From positions 36,394,001-36,458,000 of the forward strand of contig OZ241832.1 in NCBI GenBank assembly GCA_965202585.1: 64,000 nt of DNA, written 5' to 3'. Source of the DNA: Thalia democratica. Lineage: Eukaryota. Of this stretch, positions 51,901 through 62,800 are shown piece by piece. The first letter of the stretch is position 1, and the number at the start of each line of letters is the position of its first letter. The position numbers and the translations under genes are program-made. The notes beneath the pieces are model-generated. The model saw nothing but the letters and a program-made list of their open reading frames with translations. It ran no database searches and was not told where the DNA came from.

Positions 51901-52178
51901 GCATATTAAAAACGTCTTTCTAAACTTAAGTGAAAATCAGTTGCTTTATAAGTTTTAGAATACTCAACTTAAAGATAATTAGTCCAAACCAACTATATAG
52001 ATCAACTACTACTAAATTTATACTCCATTTACCTGTACGTAGGCTTGTAGAAAAACATAGAGTTATTGCTATTGTTAAAGCTGTAAAATATCATACAATA
52101 GCACAATATCAAAAATGTTATTGTTTGCGAAACGCCGAAGCAGCCTAGTTCATTAACAATAACTTCGTAACTTAGCAT
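42957..52178 (-). CDS. SLC22-family (organic ion, MFS) transporter, 14 exons, 544 aa, intact
   Basis: Exons 52033-52178, 51377-51478, 50729-50858, 50486-50592, 49999-50159, 49611-49735, 49081-49185, 47739-47828, 47533-47618, 47394-47485, 47148-47297, 45459-45567, 44870-44988, 42957-43069 total 1635 nt, phases consistent. Hallmarks: MLSYEVIVNELGCFGVSQ N-terminus, Cys-containing first loop ending YDTSVFTETVITEFDYVC, ADQQGRK (motif A), LPECPRWL, ELYPTATRCTG, FPKTK...ETIEESE. Confidence 0.92.
44049..44492 (+). mobile_element. Decayed Penelope-like retroelement fragment (GIY-YIG endonuclease and C-terminus) in the last SLC22 intron
   Basis: SCMVYTFECCCLNSYIGQTSKHPETRIKEY fits the VY-x-x-x-C...YIGQT-x-R/K...R-x-x-EH pattern; after frameshifts/stops NKPTLCKQKNFGYPLSLF resembles PLE C-termini. 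No RT portion visible. Confidence 0.8.
45739..46432. mobile_element. Non-autonomous hAT-type MITE (694 bp) in an SLC22 intron
   Basis: 16-bp TIRs TAGGGGTGGGCAACGT / TAGGGGTTGGCAACGT (rc); perfect 8-bp TSD TGTTAAAG at 45731-45738 and 46433-46440; subterminal CGGCCC and CCGGATCC repeats. Confidence 0.92.
48773..48802 (+). mobile_element. Solo hAT (Charlie-like) terminal fragment
   Basis: cagggtcggcaaactgcggcctttaggcca resembles the CAGGGGTCGGCAAAC-x-x-CGGCCC end typical of hAT MITEs and the 45739 element end; no partner end found. Confidence 0.5.
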
Positions 52179-52884
52179 TGTAAATTCAAAAGTAAAGTAT
52201 AACCTTTCAGTGTGCTTATTTATACTTGTAATTTTTAAGGGTATAAACAAGCCACCGTTTACCATACTTTGAGCTTTTGTTAAATTATCGATTTTTTGTT
52301 GATAAATATCTTTTTTTAAATAAAACTAAAATCGATCGTTTCAAATCTTTTTTATATACTCAAATTAAAAATGTTTCAAAACTTTTATACTTTTATACTT
52401 TCTTGTATAAATTCTTTCTAGATTTTATACTACTGATTTTTTTGTGATCCACTAACATATAAATTGTTAATATCCACAAGCTTTTTATAAGTTTTTTGTG
52501 TTAAATAAGTGATTAAAATATAAAATATATAGTACAGTTTGAAATATAAACATAGAAATTTTTAATTGCACATTAGAGTTGTCATGTAATGAAAACTTAA
52601 AATAAATTTTTATTATTTTTTGAAGATAACTGAACAAAAAGCAAATGTAATATTTTTTTAAGCCATGTTATACGTTTTTTATAATACTTAATCAAAACTT
52701 TATTTTGTTAATTGTGTGAAAATTTTTAAGAGTTTTATAACAAGTGTTACATTATGAATAAAAAACTTAAGTTTTAAAACTGTTCTACACGGTGTATTGA
52801 TTCAAAAATACTACTTCATGTGTTTCTTTTGTTTAAATTTATTAGGAACAAAAATGTTTGCTTTTAGTAGAATGATCTGTTTTA

Positions 52885-53273
52885 ATGGGGTATGTGTCAA
52901 GTATGCATAAAGAGTCACTTTTGCACGGGTTATTTTTTTAGTAATTTACTTACTTCTATTTTTAATACCACTGCTACCCTGACCCTTCCCCTTAGTCGGT
53001 GACTTTTTTTATTAATTATTTTTCTTTATGTTTAACTAGCACTGTTACTCCTATCCCTTCCCCTTAGTCGGTAACTTTGTTTTCTTAATATTGATTTTTT
53101 TTTGTTTCTTTTTTTTTTCTTTTTTACTATCACTGTTACGCCTAACCTTTACCTTTGGTCTGTACTTTTTTTCAAATAGTTTATTTTTATCTGAACTCTG
53201 GTGCAAAAGTGCCCCTTCGTACGAAAGTTTCTTCTTGTAAAAGTGTCTTCATGCATATTCGACCCATCTCCAT
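52885..53273. mobile_element. Degenerate MITE with ~40-bp TIRs and three internal direct repeats
   Basis: Left atggggtatgtgtcaagtatgcataaagagtcacttttgcac versus right (rc) atggagatgggtcgaatatgcatgaagacacttttacaa; TTTA flanks both ends (possible 4-bp TSD); three internal copies of cactgytac...cccttccccttagtcggtract at about 52969, 53040 and 53131. Confidence 0.6.
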
Positions 53274-54177
53274 TTTATTGAACATAATCAGTAGAGTTTT
53301 AAATCATGCATCAAAAGTGACTATTTTACCAACAACTGTTTTCTAAAAATTAAACGTAACTTTTTTTTTATACCTCAGTAACTATGCTTATTAAAGGAGC
53401 AATTATAATTGTTTGACAGAAATTTTTAATCTATATTACAATAATTGATTGTTTACTTTTTAAGTAATTGACTTTTTTTAACAATTTTTGTAAGTTTCAA
53501 GCTTTATTACAATAAATAAACTAAGTAAGTATGTTAGTCTTATAGGAACAAATGATAATTCTGTTTGTAAAACTGCTGTTACTTAAAATATAGAACGTCT
53601 TAACTTAAATTATCACATAAACTTTAATTTTGATCCGTATCTTCTTACAACTTTTTATAAATAAAACTATTTTCCAGCTTAACAAATATTTTTAGGTTTA
53701 CAACAGTTTCTAAAATAGCTTTATAAAGTCTTTTAAATATTTTATAACGTTTTTTTTTTTTTTGATCAAGTTTTAGAACTTTTATGAGTAGTAAGATTTT
53801 TTTAATGTTATAATTTAGAGTATTAATTCTGTAATTTAGATTTAAAGTTATCTAAAGCATAACTTAGAAAGCTTGTTTAGCTAAATTGGAGCAAGTTTTG
53901 GATCAATTGAAAATTTACTCTAATTTTAATAAATAAATAGCTACTAAATTAGAAATTATTTGAGTTCATAACAATTTAGTTTTAAAAATCTATTATTTGG
54001 TGTTGGTCTGGATATAAACTTGATAGGGCTGATTAGTATTTTAAACTTTGTAAAAAAATTATTAGTTAGTTAATTTTCAAACGAACTATATGCTGAACGG
54101 TAGCCTTCGTAAACAAGTATTGAATTTAAGTTAAATTTAAACACACTATTTAAAATAAATTAAGTAAGTTTTTCAAG

Positions 54178-54220
54178 TAGGGGTGGGTATCATAAGGTCC
54201 ATGGACCAGATTTGGCCTGC
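54178..54220 (+). mobile_element. Eroded end of the same hAT MITE family as 45739
   Basis: taggggtgggtatcataaggtccatggaccagatttggcctgc shares the TAGGGGTGGG terminus and GGCC-rich subterminal. Confidence 0.45.
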
Positions 54221-56052
54221 TAAACAATAATCTCTTGCTTTTTAAATGTAAACTAAATTTTATTTTTAATAAACAGAAATGCTTCTTAAATAACCATTTC
54301 ATTACTAATTTGTTCTAAAATATTTTTTACTAGTTTTATATTTTAATTATACATCCGATGAGGAATTTTTTTAATTAAACCTGTCTTGCTTACTTGTAAA
54401 AATCATAATCCTGAATGTATGGGAATACCTAATCTTTAATAACTTATTATGTATAAAAATTTGATTAATATAAATTCTAAAGTGATTTTCTAGCTAGATT
54501 AAGAAAATCGAATTTACGTTAACAGCTATCATTAGTACTAAACTTCAAAATTTCTTAATTTTTTCTTAACTACAACACTTATTTAAGAGAATGTTTAAAA
54601 TTTTTATACCTCTGGCTTTCAAAATAGTAAGATTGTACATATTTTTCAGTTCTAATGAATATCTATCAAACATAATGACACAAAATCTCATATCACTTAT
54701 TTTCATGTTAAACTTTTAACATAGCATAGTATATCTTTTGAATAAAAAAATGTATACTATATGTTAATTTTTCTGCAAAGCTTATTACTGAACCGAATGT
54801 AAAAATCTATTATAACTGTAACGTTTTTTTTAACTTTACTACTTTTAATACTTTTTTCTGTATATCTACGTTATTTTTAGTTCTACTTCGTTTTGCAATT
54901 TTAAATAGTTGCAAAAACTAATGATCTTTTTCATTTTTTGTATCAGTGAATGTTTGATCTTAAGTTAAACGTAAAAATTTTAAATTAATTAGTAGTTCGT
55001 TTTTTATTTTAAGCAATTGTTAAAGTCGGTATTTAATTTAATTTTTTTTTATGAGTAACCGGCCGGACCCTAATTTGAAAATAATATCCAGGTCTTTCCG
55101 AGTCCTAGTTTAAAAAATAAACCCGCAGGATCCTAATTTTATGGATACGGTAGATAATAAAATTTAATACTTAAAGTAACTTTTTGTGTAACTCGAATTA
55201 TTGTTTTGATCATTTTTGTTCAAGTTTTTTAATGGAAAAAAAACATCAGTCTTACTTTTCTCTCTACAACGATAAACGTTATTTGAAGGTAAAGCAAGCA
55301 AGTTGTCAATACCTGTAATTGCACCTGCACCTTTAAGATTAACACTAAGCTAACCAAAAAATAAAAAGTAAAAAAAAACAATCTAGTTAACTGAAAAAAA
55401 GCCCTTGATGACACGTCATTTGGCAAACACTCACAAGGTTAAAATCTCAACTACAAAAACAACAAAGTGTGCGAAAACCTTGAATCTCAAATCCCAAAGC
55501 AAGTATATGCCGACGCTCTGCAATAAAAAACATATCAACAATCTAAACATGTTACCCTGCCATCAGAGTGAACTCGCACTCAGCTGTAGCAAATTTAAAT
55601 CTCTAACTGTTAAGCTTCTATAAATCTCTCTATAAATTTCTAAAGAAAGTGACGAACTACTGTAAGTATAAAAAAAAATACTATTTTTACTTAAAAAGTA
55701 GAAATTAATTTAGTAACAAGTATTTTATAAGTTTGTTAGTATTAAATTAACATAAAAATTAAGAAAAAATTAAATTAATGTTTTACTTTTACCTGTAATT
55801 TGTAATAAAAGAAATAATAATAAATTCAATTTTTTGAATCTAACACAGTAACATAAATAAAATAGTTTATAATAAGTATAGTTTTTTTTTTATGTTAACT
55901 ATCACTCTTTCATTAGGCTGAAAATCATAAAATAACAAGATCTATCACAATCTGCTGTACATAAAACATGCATCAAATTTCAATACAAATAATACATACA
56001 TGAAATAATATACATATGACAAACTTTCAAAATTTATGTAATGTTTTAAAAT

Positions 56053-56414
56053 CAGGGCTTCAGTGTGGGCTGGTAAGCGGCCATTGACCATTTTAGTGAC
56101 TAAAAAATTATACCAATAAGTTTTATTTAGTTGTTTAGAGCTAGGTTTAATTTTTTTAAACTAGGTTTGATTTTATTCTGCCTTAAGCATATAAAAGGTT
56201 AAAATAGCTTAAATGTAGCCAATTTTTGCTGTTTTGAAGTTTAAAAATTGCTCAAAATTCCTAAAATTTATCTCAAAATTAAGGCCTAAAGCAACTTCTT
56301 AAAAATACCTTAAAATCTTTAATTCAAATATTTCTTATAGTTCTTTTTGTTTCTTTGGCATAGCGTTAATTCATTATAGTCAATGGCCGCTTGAATCCCC
56401 AGTTTATCCCGCTG
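56053..56414. mobile_element. Old inverted-repeat element
   Basis: Perfect 14-bp inverted match aagcggccattgac (56075-56088) / gtcaatggccgctt (56379-56392), each 22 nt from a terminal CAG; no TSD. Confidence 0.45.
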
Positions 56415-57660
56415 TGTGCATATTGATAAGTTTATTCATATATCTTAAGAAAAATTACAGGTCGGCAACAACTATTTTAAAGTTGACTTAATGGTTTTCT
56501 AAATCACTTAAGGATTTAAATGAAAAATAGTACTTCTGGTATGCATTTAATATAAGGACAATGCATGGCAGTCACCTGTCGCGAGTCTATGCACTCGTTT
56601 GGTCACGCTACGAACTCGTTAAATTACGCATTTTAGAATTCTTAAAAAATACAAAAAAGTATTTAAAATCTTTAACATTGTAATTTTATTCGACGTATTT
56701 AGTTACCAATATATTTAATTTATAAAAATATAGGAAGAGATAGAATTTTAATAAAATTGAGACATTTGCATTTTTAGTTTGTACCTTTGATAAGGTACCT
56801 ATTGAATTCTATGGCTTTGCTCTTTTTACTTTAGGTGTCTTAGCCCCCTTTGTATATTTAAATCAAACAAGGTACAATGTTTAATTCCTCACAATATTAA
56901 TGGCATAAATTTTCATTTCAACCCAATAAATCTCTCACATTTTTGAACCAAAAATAAAAACTTTCTGTCAGGTTTCTTTTTTATTTAGTCGAGTTATTTT
57001 CTTTGCTACAAACTTTCTATTGAGTAGCTGCTGCGTTCAGAAAGTGCACTTCAGCGAAAGTTAACTGTAATAATTATTATTAGAATGGAAAAATAAATAA
57101 TATAAACTTAACCATAACAATTTTGTACTGAACTAGATATACTTTTTTCTCACTGCTAACCTCTTTGCGAATAATCTCTAGGTGTCACTAATGTGAAGTG
57201 AACTACTGGAAAATAGTTTTTAATAAAAATACTAAAAATGGTATTAAAACTTAAACATTTGTAATTAACTTCTGTAAAACTTTTTTTTTTATTCTATCAG
57301 GTGTAGAAACATGTACATAGATATATATATATATATATAGACTTTTGTGTTTATATCCAAGTTTCACTATGAAAGTGTCCTTGCCACAGATCATCAATAC
57401 TAAGAAGATTACATACAACAACTACTTGGAAAACTCTAGTAAAACTGGAGAAAAATTTTATAATTTTAGTCCGGTTTTATAACGATTTTTTTGTTATTTT
57501 ACCATTGGTAGGCTTTGGAATTTAATGGTATTGTAAGTTAATTTCTAGGAAAATTTTGCAATTTTAATCTGACTTTAAAGAACTTTTTTTTAATTTTTTA
57601 CTATTTTAGGCTTTGAAAATTAAGGAATTTTGTAAATTAGAAGTGATAACTTAAGACATT

Positions 57661-57801
57661 TTAATCAAAAAAACTGACTTTTAGTCATTTAACCTAACAA
57701 AAAACTAACTTTTGGTCATTTTTACCCCAAAATAACTGACTTAGCCAGATTTTTTCATATTTTTTAAAAAAACTGACTTAGCCTGACCCGTGGCAACCCT
57801 G
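57661..57801 (-). mobile_element. hAT/Tip100-like terminus with subterminal AACTGACTT repeats
   Basis: Reverse complement begins CAGGGTTGCCAC; about four aact(g/a)actt copies adjacent; related tagggatgccac at 63424. No second end found. Confidence 0.45.
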
Positions 57802-58526
57802 ATACAAGTTTAACAAACTTTTGTGCCCGATTTTTTATCTATTCTACATAAGCTTATGTTCTGCTAAATTTACTTTTATTATTTTAGCTAAAAGTTTCAA
57901 AAATTAACGCTTGTTTTTTAAACACATAACATATACTAATTTAATTGTATAGATTAAAGTCCATTACAAATTTACACAGTTTTTGTAAAACTTATCAGAT
58001 AAAACTAAAATGTTGAAGCATTTTGTTATTTTTGTAAATATTTGAATTATGTTAAGTAAATATTTTTGTTTATAAAAGGTGTCAATTCAATGACAATTTT
58101 ATGAACTATTTAATTTTTAATTTTTAACATATATTTTTTAAACTTTTGTTTATTTTCATTTAAACAAACAAAACTTGTTTTTTTTAATAATTCTGAAGTT
58201 TTCTACTCAATAAAGAATTGAGAAAAGTAAAAATAAATTTAAATATTAATTTATAGACACTAAATATTTATATATATTGTTTATAAGATAATGATATCTA
58301 AGATTTTTCAAGAACATTTTCCATAAAACTTTTTAAGAAGCTCAGAGGTATTGTGGCCATGTTTTTATTAATCTTAAATTAAACTTTATTTTACTTATTT
58401 ACTTTACTGTATCAATTAAAATTATTATAACATAAATGATAATAACGTTATCAGTATTTACAGAACTAAATTAAAGTTCTTAATCACAAAAAAAAAACAA
58501 AAGTTTAAATAAAATGTATTACATTG

Positions 58527-58532
58527 TTTATT
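58527..58532 (-). terminator. Candidate polyadenylation signal for PFDN4
   Basis: AATAAA on the minus strand about 210 nt after the stop; such hexamers are common in AT-rich DNA. Confidence 0.3.
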
Positions 58533-58739
58533 GATAGCTTAAATTTTCTATTTTGTATAAACAAAATTTCAATTAATATTTAAACCAAGTTTCGATCATT
58601 AAGTACTTAGTAAAGATATGTAAACACTTCTACTAACAATAAACAGAGAACTTTAAAAAAATTTGCAAACTGCAGCTTTTCTAAAAAAGTGTGTATCAAC
58701 AATATCGTATGCAAATAACTTTTATGAAAACAAAACAAA

Positions 58740-59372
58740 TTAGCTTTCCAGGTTGATGTTGTCGCCGAACTTGGCGTACAGCTGCGTCTTCAGCTCCTTC
58801 ATCTTCCCCTCCACCTCTCCCCGCTCCCCCTCCAGCTTCCTCCGCTTCCCCTCCAGCTCCTCCTTCAGCTGCGCCAGCAGGTCGTTCACCTCCTCCTGCG
58901 TGCCGTCCATGAACGTCTCGCCCATCTGGAACGGCACCTCCTCCTCCTCGTCGTCCAGCATCAGCAGGTCGTTCTCGGCGTCCTCCGCGTTCTCCATCTG
59001 GCGGTGAAAATTTTTAAATTACGATACAAATTAATTTGGTCGAAAAGTTCTACATTTAAAAAAAACGGCTTACTGCGTGCGTGCTGGCTTTTGAAAAATT
59101 TTTACTTACAGCCAGAAACTTGCAAGGTAGCTGTAACTGATCCGATTTTGTCTTGGTTACGTAAACAAGTAAAAGCTAAACAACTAAAACCGTTAAAAAG
59201 AACCAACTTGTTTGTTTAAAGCAAGCAGTTTAGACTTCAAATCTCCAAGTTCAATGTTGTATTGAGCAAACATGTTAATTTTTTTCTGGTCTTCGAATGT
59301 AACTTTCTGCTCCTCTTCTTTACCACTTGGATTCATTGACAATTTTTGAACTTTCTGTGTTGCCATGTCCAT
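58740..59372 (-). CDS. PFDN4: Prefoldin subunit 4, 2 exons, 140 aa
   Basis: Exon 1 59208-59372 (MDMATQKVQK...VTFEDQKKINMFAQYNIELGDLKSKLLALNKQ), 210-nt GT-AG intron, exon 2 58740-58997 (MENAEDAENDLLMLDDEEEEVPFQMGETF...LKTQLYAKFGDNINLES). VTFEDQxKINxFA and LYAKFGxNINLE are PFDN4 signatures. Confidence 0.93.
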
Positions 59373-59807
59373 AGTAATGTTTTATTTTCTATTAGGAATA
59401 TGTTGTATAAATCAAGCTTGAGAAAAAAACTTATAAATAAAACATTTAAGTAATTCAGTATGATTAATAAACTCTTTATTTAATTGCGAAACATTATTAT
59501 GATTTAGTTATGCTTAAAATAAATACATATTGAGCATAGTGTATAAGTACATAAAAACAATTTTACAGAAAAAAGTTTGTTTTTAAAAAGCTCATTAAAA
59601 AAAATCATGAAATCGTTCATGTATTTTGAGGCTGACTAAGTACATTTATTTCAATATTCTTAAATTCTTAAAATGATTTAAGTTAAAACATGTAGGAATG
59701 ATTTTTAAGTGTTTGTACTTTGCAGAAGATTTCTTAAACAGCAATCAGGATGTAAAATGAAAAATAAAAATCTTGTAATTTAGAACTTGTTTTACAGTTA
59801 TCAATGA

Positions 59808-62800
59808 TTAGTATGCTGGTATTTTCACCAAAAGGGACATCACTTCATTCCCTTTAGTGCACCTTCCGTCGGCAACATCACAAGTGTATCCGTTTGGACA
59901 ACAATGAATGTGATCATCACAGCAAACAGCATTTGGTTGAGGGCAGCAACCATATCTTCCATCAGCCATTTTACAACAAGTAGTACCAGTTGGACAGGAA
60001 GAGCCATCTCCGCAATCTACAGATTCTACATCGAAAGAAAGCTTTGGTTGGTTCATAGCTGGTTGTTTCACCAACAATGACATTACATCATTACCTTTAG
60101 TGCACCTTCCGTCAGCAACATCACAAGTGTATCCGTTTGGACAACAATGAATGTGATCATCACAGCATACAGCGTTTGGCTGAGGACAGCAACCATATCT
60201 TCCATCAGCCATTTTACAACAAGTAGTACCAGTTGGACAGGAAGAGCCATCTCCGCAATCTACAGATTCTACATCGAAAGAAAGCTTTGGTTGGTTCATA
60301 GCTGGTTGTTTCACCAACAATGACATTACATCATTACCTTTAGTGCACCTTCCGTCAGCTACATCACAAGTGTATCCGTTTGGACAACAATGAATGTGAT
60401 CATCACAGCAAACAGCGTTTGGTTGAGGACAGCAACCATATCTTCCATCAGCCATTTTACAACAAGTAGTACCAGTTGGACAGGATGAACCATCTCCGCA
60501 ATCTACAGATTCTACATCGAAATAAAGTTTTGGTTGGTTCATAGCTGGTTGTTTCACCAACAATGACATTACATCATTACCTTTAGTGCACCTTCCGTCA
60601 GCTACATCACAAGTGTATCCGTTTGGACAACAATGAATGTGATCATCACAGCACACAGCGTTTGGTTGAGGGCAGCAACCATATCTTCCATCAGCCATTT
60701 TACAACAAGTAGTACCAGTTGGACAGGATGAACCATCTCCGCAATCTACAGATTCTACATCGAAAGAAAGCTTTGGTTGGTTCATAGCTGGTTGTTTTAC
60801 CAACAATGACATTACATCTTCACCTTTAGTGCATCTTCCGTCGGCAACATCACAAGTGTATCCGTTTGGACAACAATGAATGTGATCATCACAGCAAACA
60901 GCATTTGGTTGAGGGCAGCAACCATATCTTCCATCAGCCATTTTACAACAAGTAGTACCAGTTGGACAGGAAGAGCCATCTCCGCAATCTACAGATTCTA
61001 CATCGAAAGAAAGCTTTGGTTGGTTCATAGCTGGTTGTTTCACCAACAATGACATTACATCATTACCTTTAGTGCACCTTCCGTCAGCTACATCACAAGT
61101 GTATCCGTTTGGACAACAATGAATGTGATCATCACAGCACACAGCGTTTGGTTGAGGGCAGCAACCATATCTTCCATCAGCCATTTTACAACAAGTAGTA
61201 CCAGTTGGACAGGAAGAGCCATCTCCGCAATCTACAGATTCTACATCGAAAGAAAGCTTTGGTTGGTTCATAGCTGGTTGTTTCACCAACAATGACATTA
61301 CATCATTACCTTTAGTGCACCTTCCGTCAGCTACATCACAAGTGTATCCGTTTGGACAACAATGAATGTGATCATCACAGCAAACAGCATTTGGCTGAGG
61401 ACAGCAACCATATCTTCCATCAGCCATTTTACAACAAGTAGTACCAGTTGGACAGGATGAACCATCTCCGCAATCTACAGATTCTACATCGAAAGAAAGC
61501 TTTGGTTGGTTCATAGCTGGTTGTTTTACCAACAATGACATTACATCTTCACCTTTAGTGCATCTTCCGTCGGCAACATCACAAGTGTATCCGTTTGGAC
61601 AACAATGAATGTGATCATCACAGCAAACAGCATTTGGTTGAGGGCAGCAACCATATCTTCCATCAGCCATTTTACAACAAGTAGTACCAGTTGGACAGGA
61701 AGAGCCATCTCCGCAATCTACAGATTCTACATCGAAAGAAAGCTTTGGTTGGTTCATAGCTGGTTGTTTCACCAACAATGACATTACATCATTACCTTTA
61801 GTGCACCTTCCGTCAGCTACATCACAAGTGTATCCGTTTGGACAACAATGAATGTGATCATCACAGCAAACAGCGTTTGGTTGAGGACAGCAACCATATC
61901 TTCCATCAGCCATTTTACAACAAGTAGTACCAGTTGGACAGGAAGAGCCATCTCCGCAATCTACAGATTCTACATCGAAAGAAAGCTTTGGTTGGTTCAT
62001 AGCTGGTTGTTTCACCAACAATGACATTACATCATTACCTTTAGTGCACCTTCCGTCAGCTACATCACAAGTGTATCCGTTTGGACAACAATGAATGTGA
62101 TCATCACAGCACACAGCGTTTGGTTGAGGGCAGCAACCATATCTTCCATCAGCCATTTTACAACAAGTAGTACCAGTTGGACAGGATGAGCCATCTCCGC
62201 AATCTACAGATTCTACATCGAAAGAAAGCTTTGGTTGGTTCATAGCTGGTTGTTTCACCAACAATGACATTACATCATTACCTTTAGTGCACCTTCCGTC
62301 AGCTACATCACAAGTGTATCCGTTTGGACAACAATGAATGTGATCATCACAGCAAACAGCGTTTGGCTGAGGACAGCAACCATATCTTCCATCAGCCATT
62401 TTACAACAAGTAGTACCAGTTGGACAGGAAGAACCATCTCCGCAATCTACAGATTCTGCTTCAAAATAAAGTTTTGGTTGGTTCATAGCTGGATGCTTTA
62501 CCAATAATGAAACAACATCACTTCCTTTTGTACAATGACCATTTGATACATCACAAGTGTAGCCATTTGGACAGCAGTGGACACCATCAGCACAACACAC
62601 AGCGTTTGCTTGTGGACAGCAACCATATCTTCCATCAGGCAGTTTACAGCAAGTTTCACCAAATGGACATGATGAACCATCTCCGCAAAAAACAGATTCA
62701 ACAGAAAGTTTTGGTTGATTCATAGCTGGATGCTTTGCCAATAATGAAACAACATCATTTCCTTTTGTACAATGACCATTTGATACATCACAAGTGTAAC

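Noticed and set aside
52966-53165. CRISPR-like repeat-spacer appearance
   Set aside because: Eukaryotic context, only three degenerate copies, low-complexity T-rich spacers, enclosed by MITE TIRs, no cas genes.
516-59372. Possible non-canonical introns or unusual genetic code
   Set aside because: All 62 introns I assembled (48 FRAS1, 13 SLC22, 1 PFDN4) are GT-AG and translate cleanly with the standard code.
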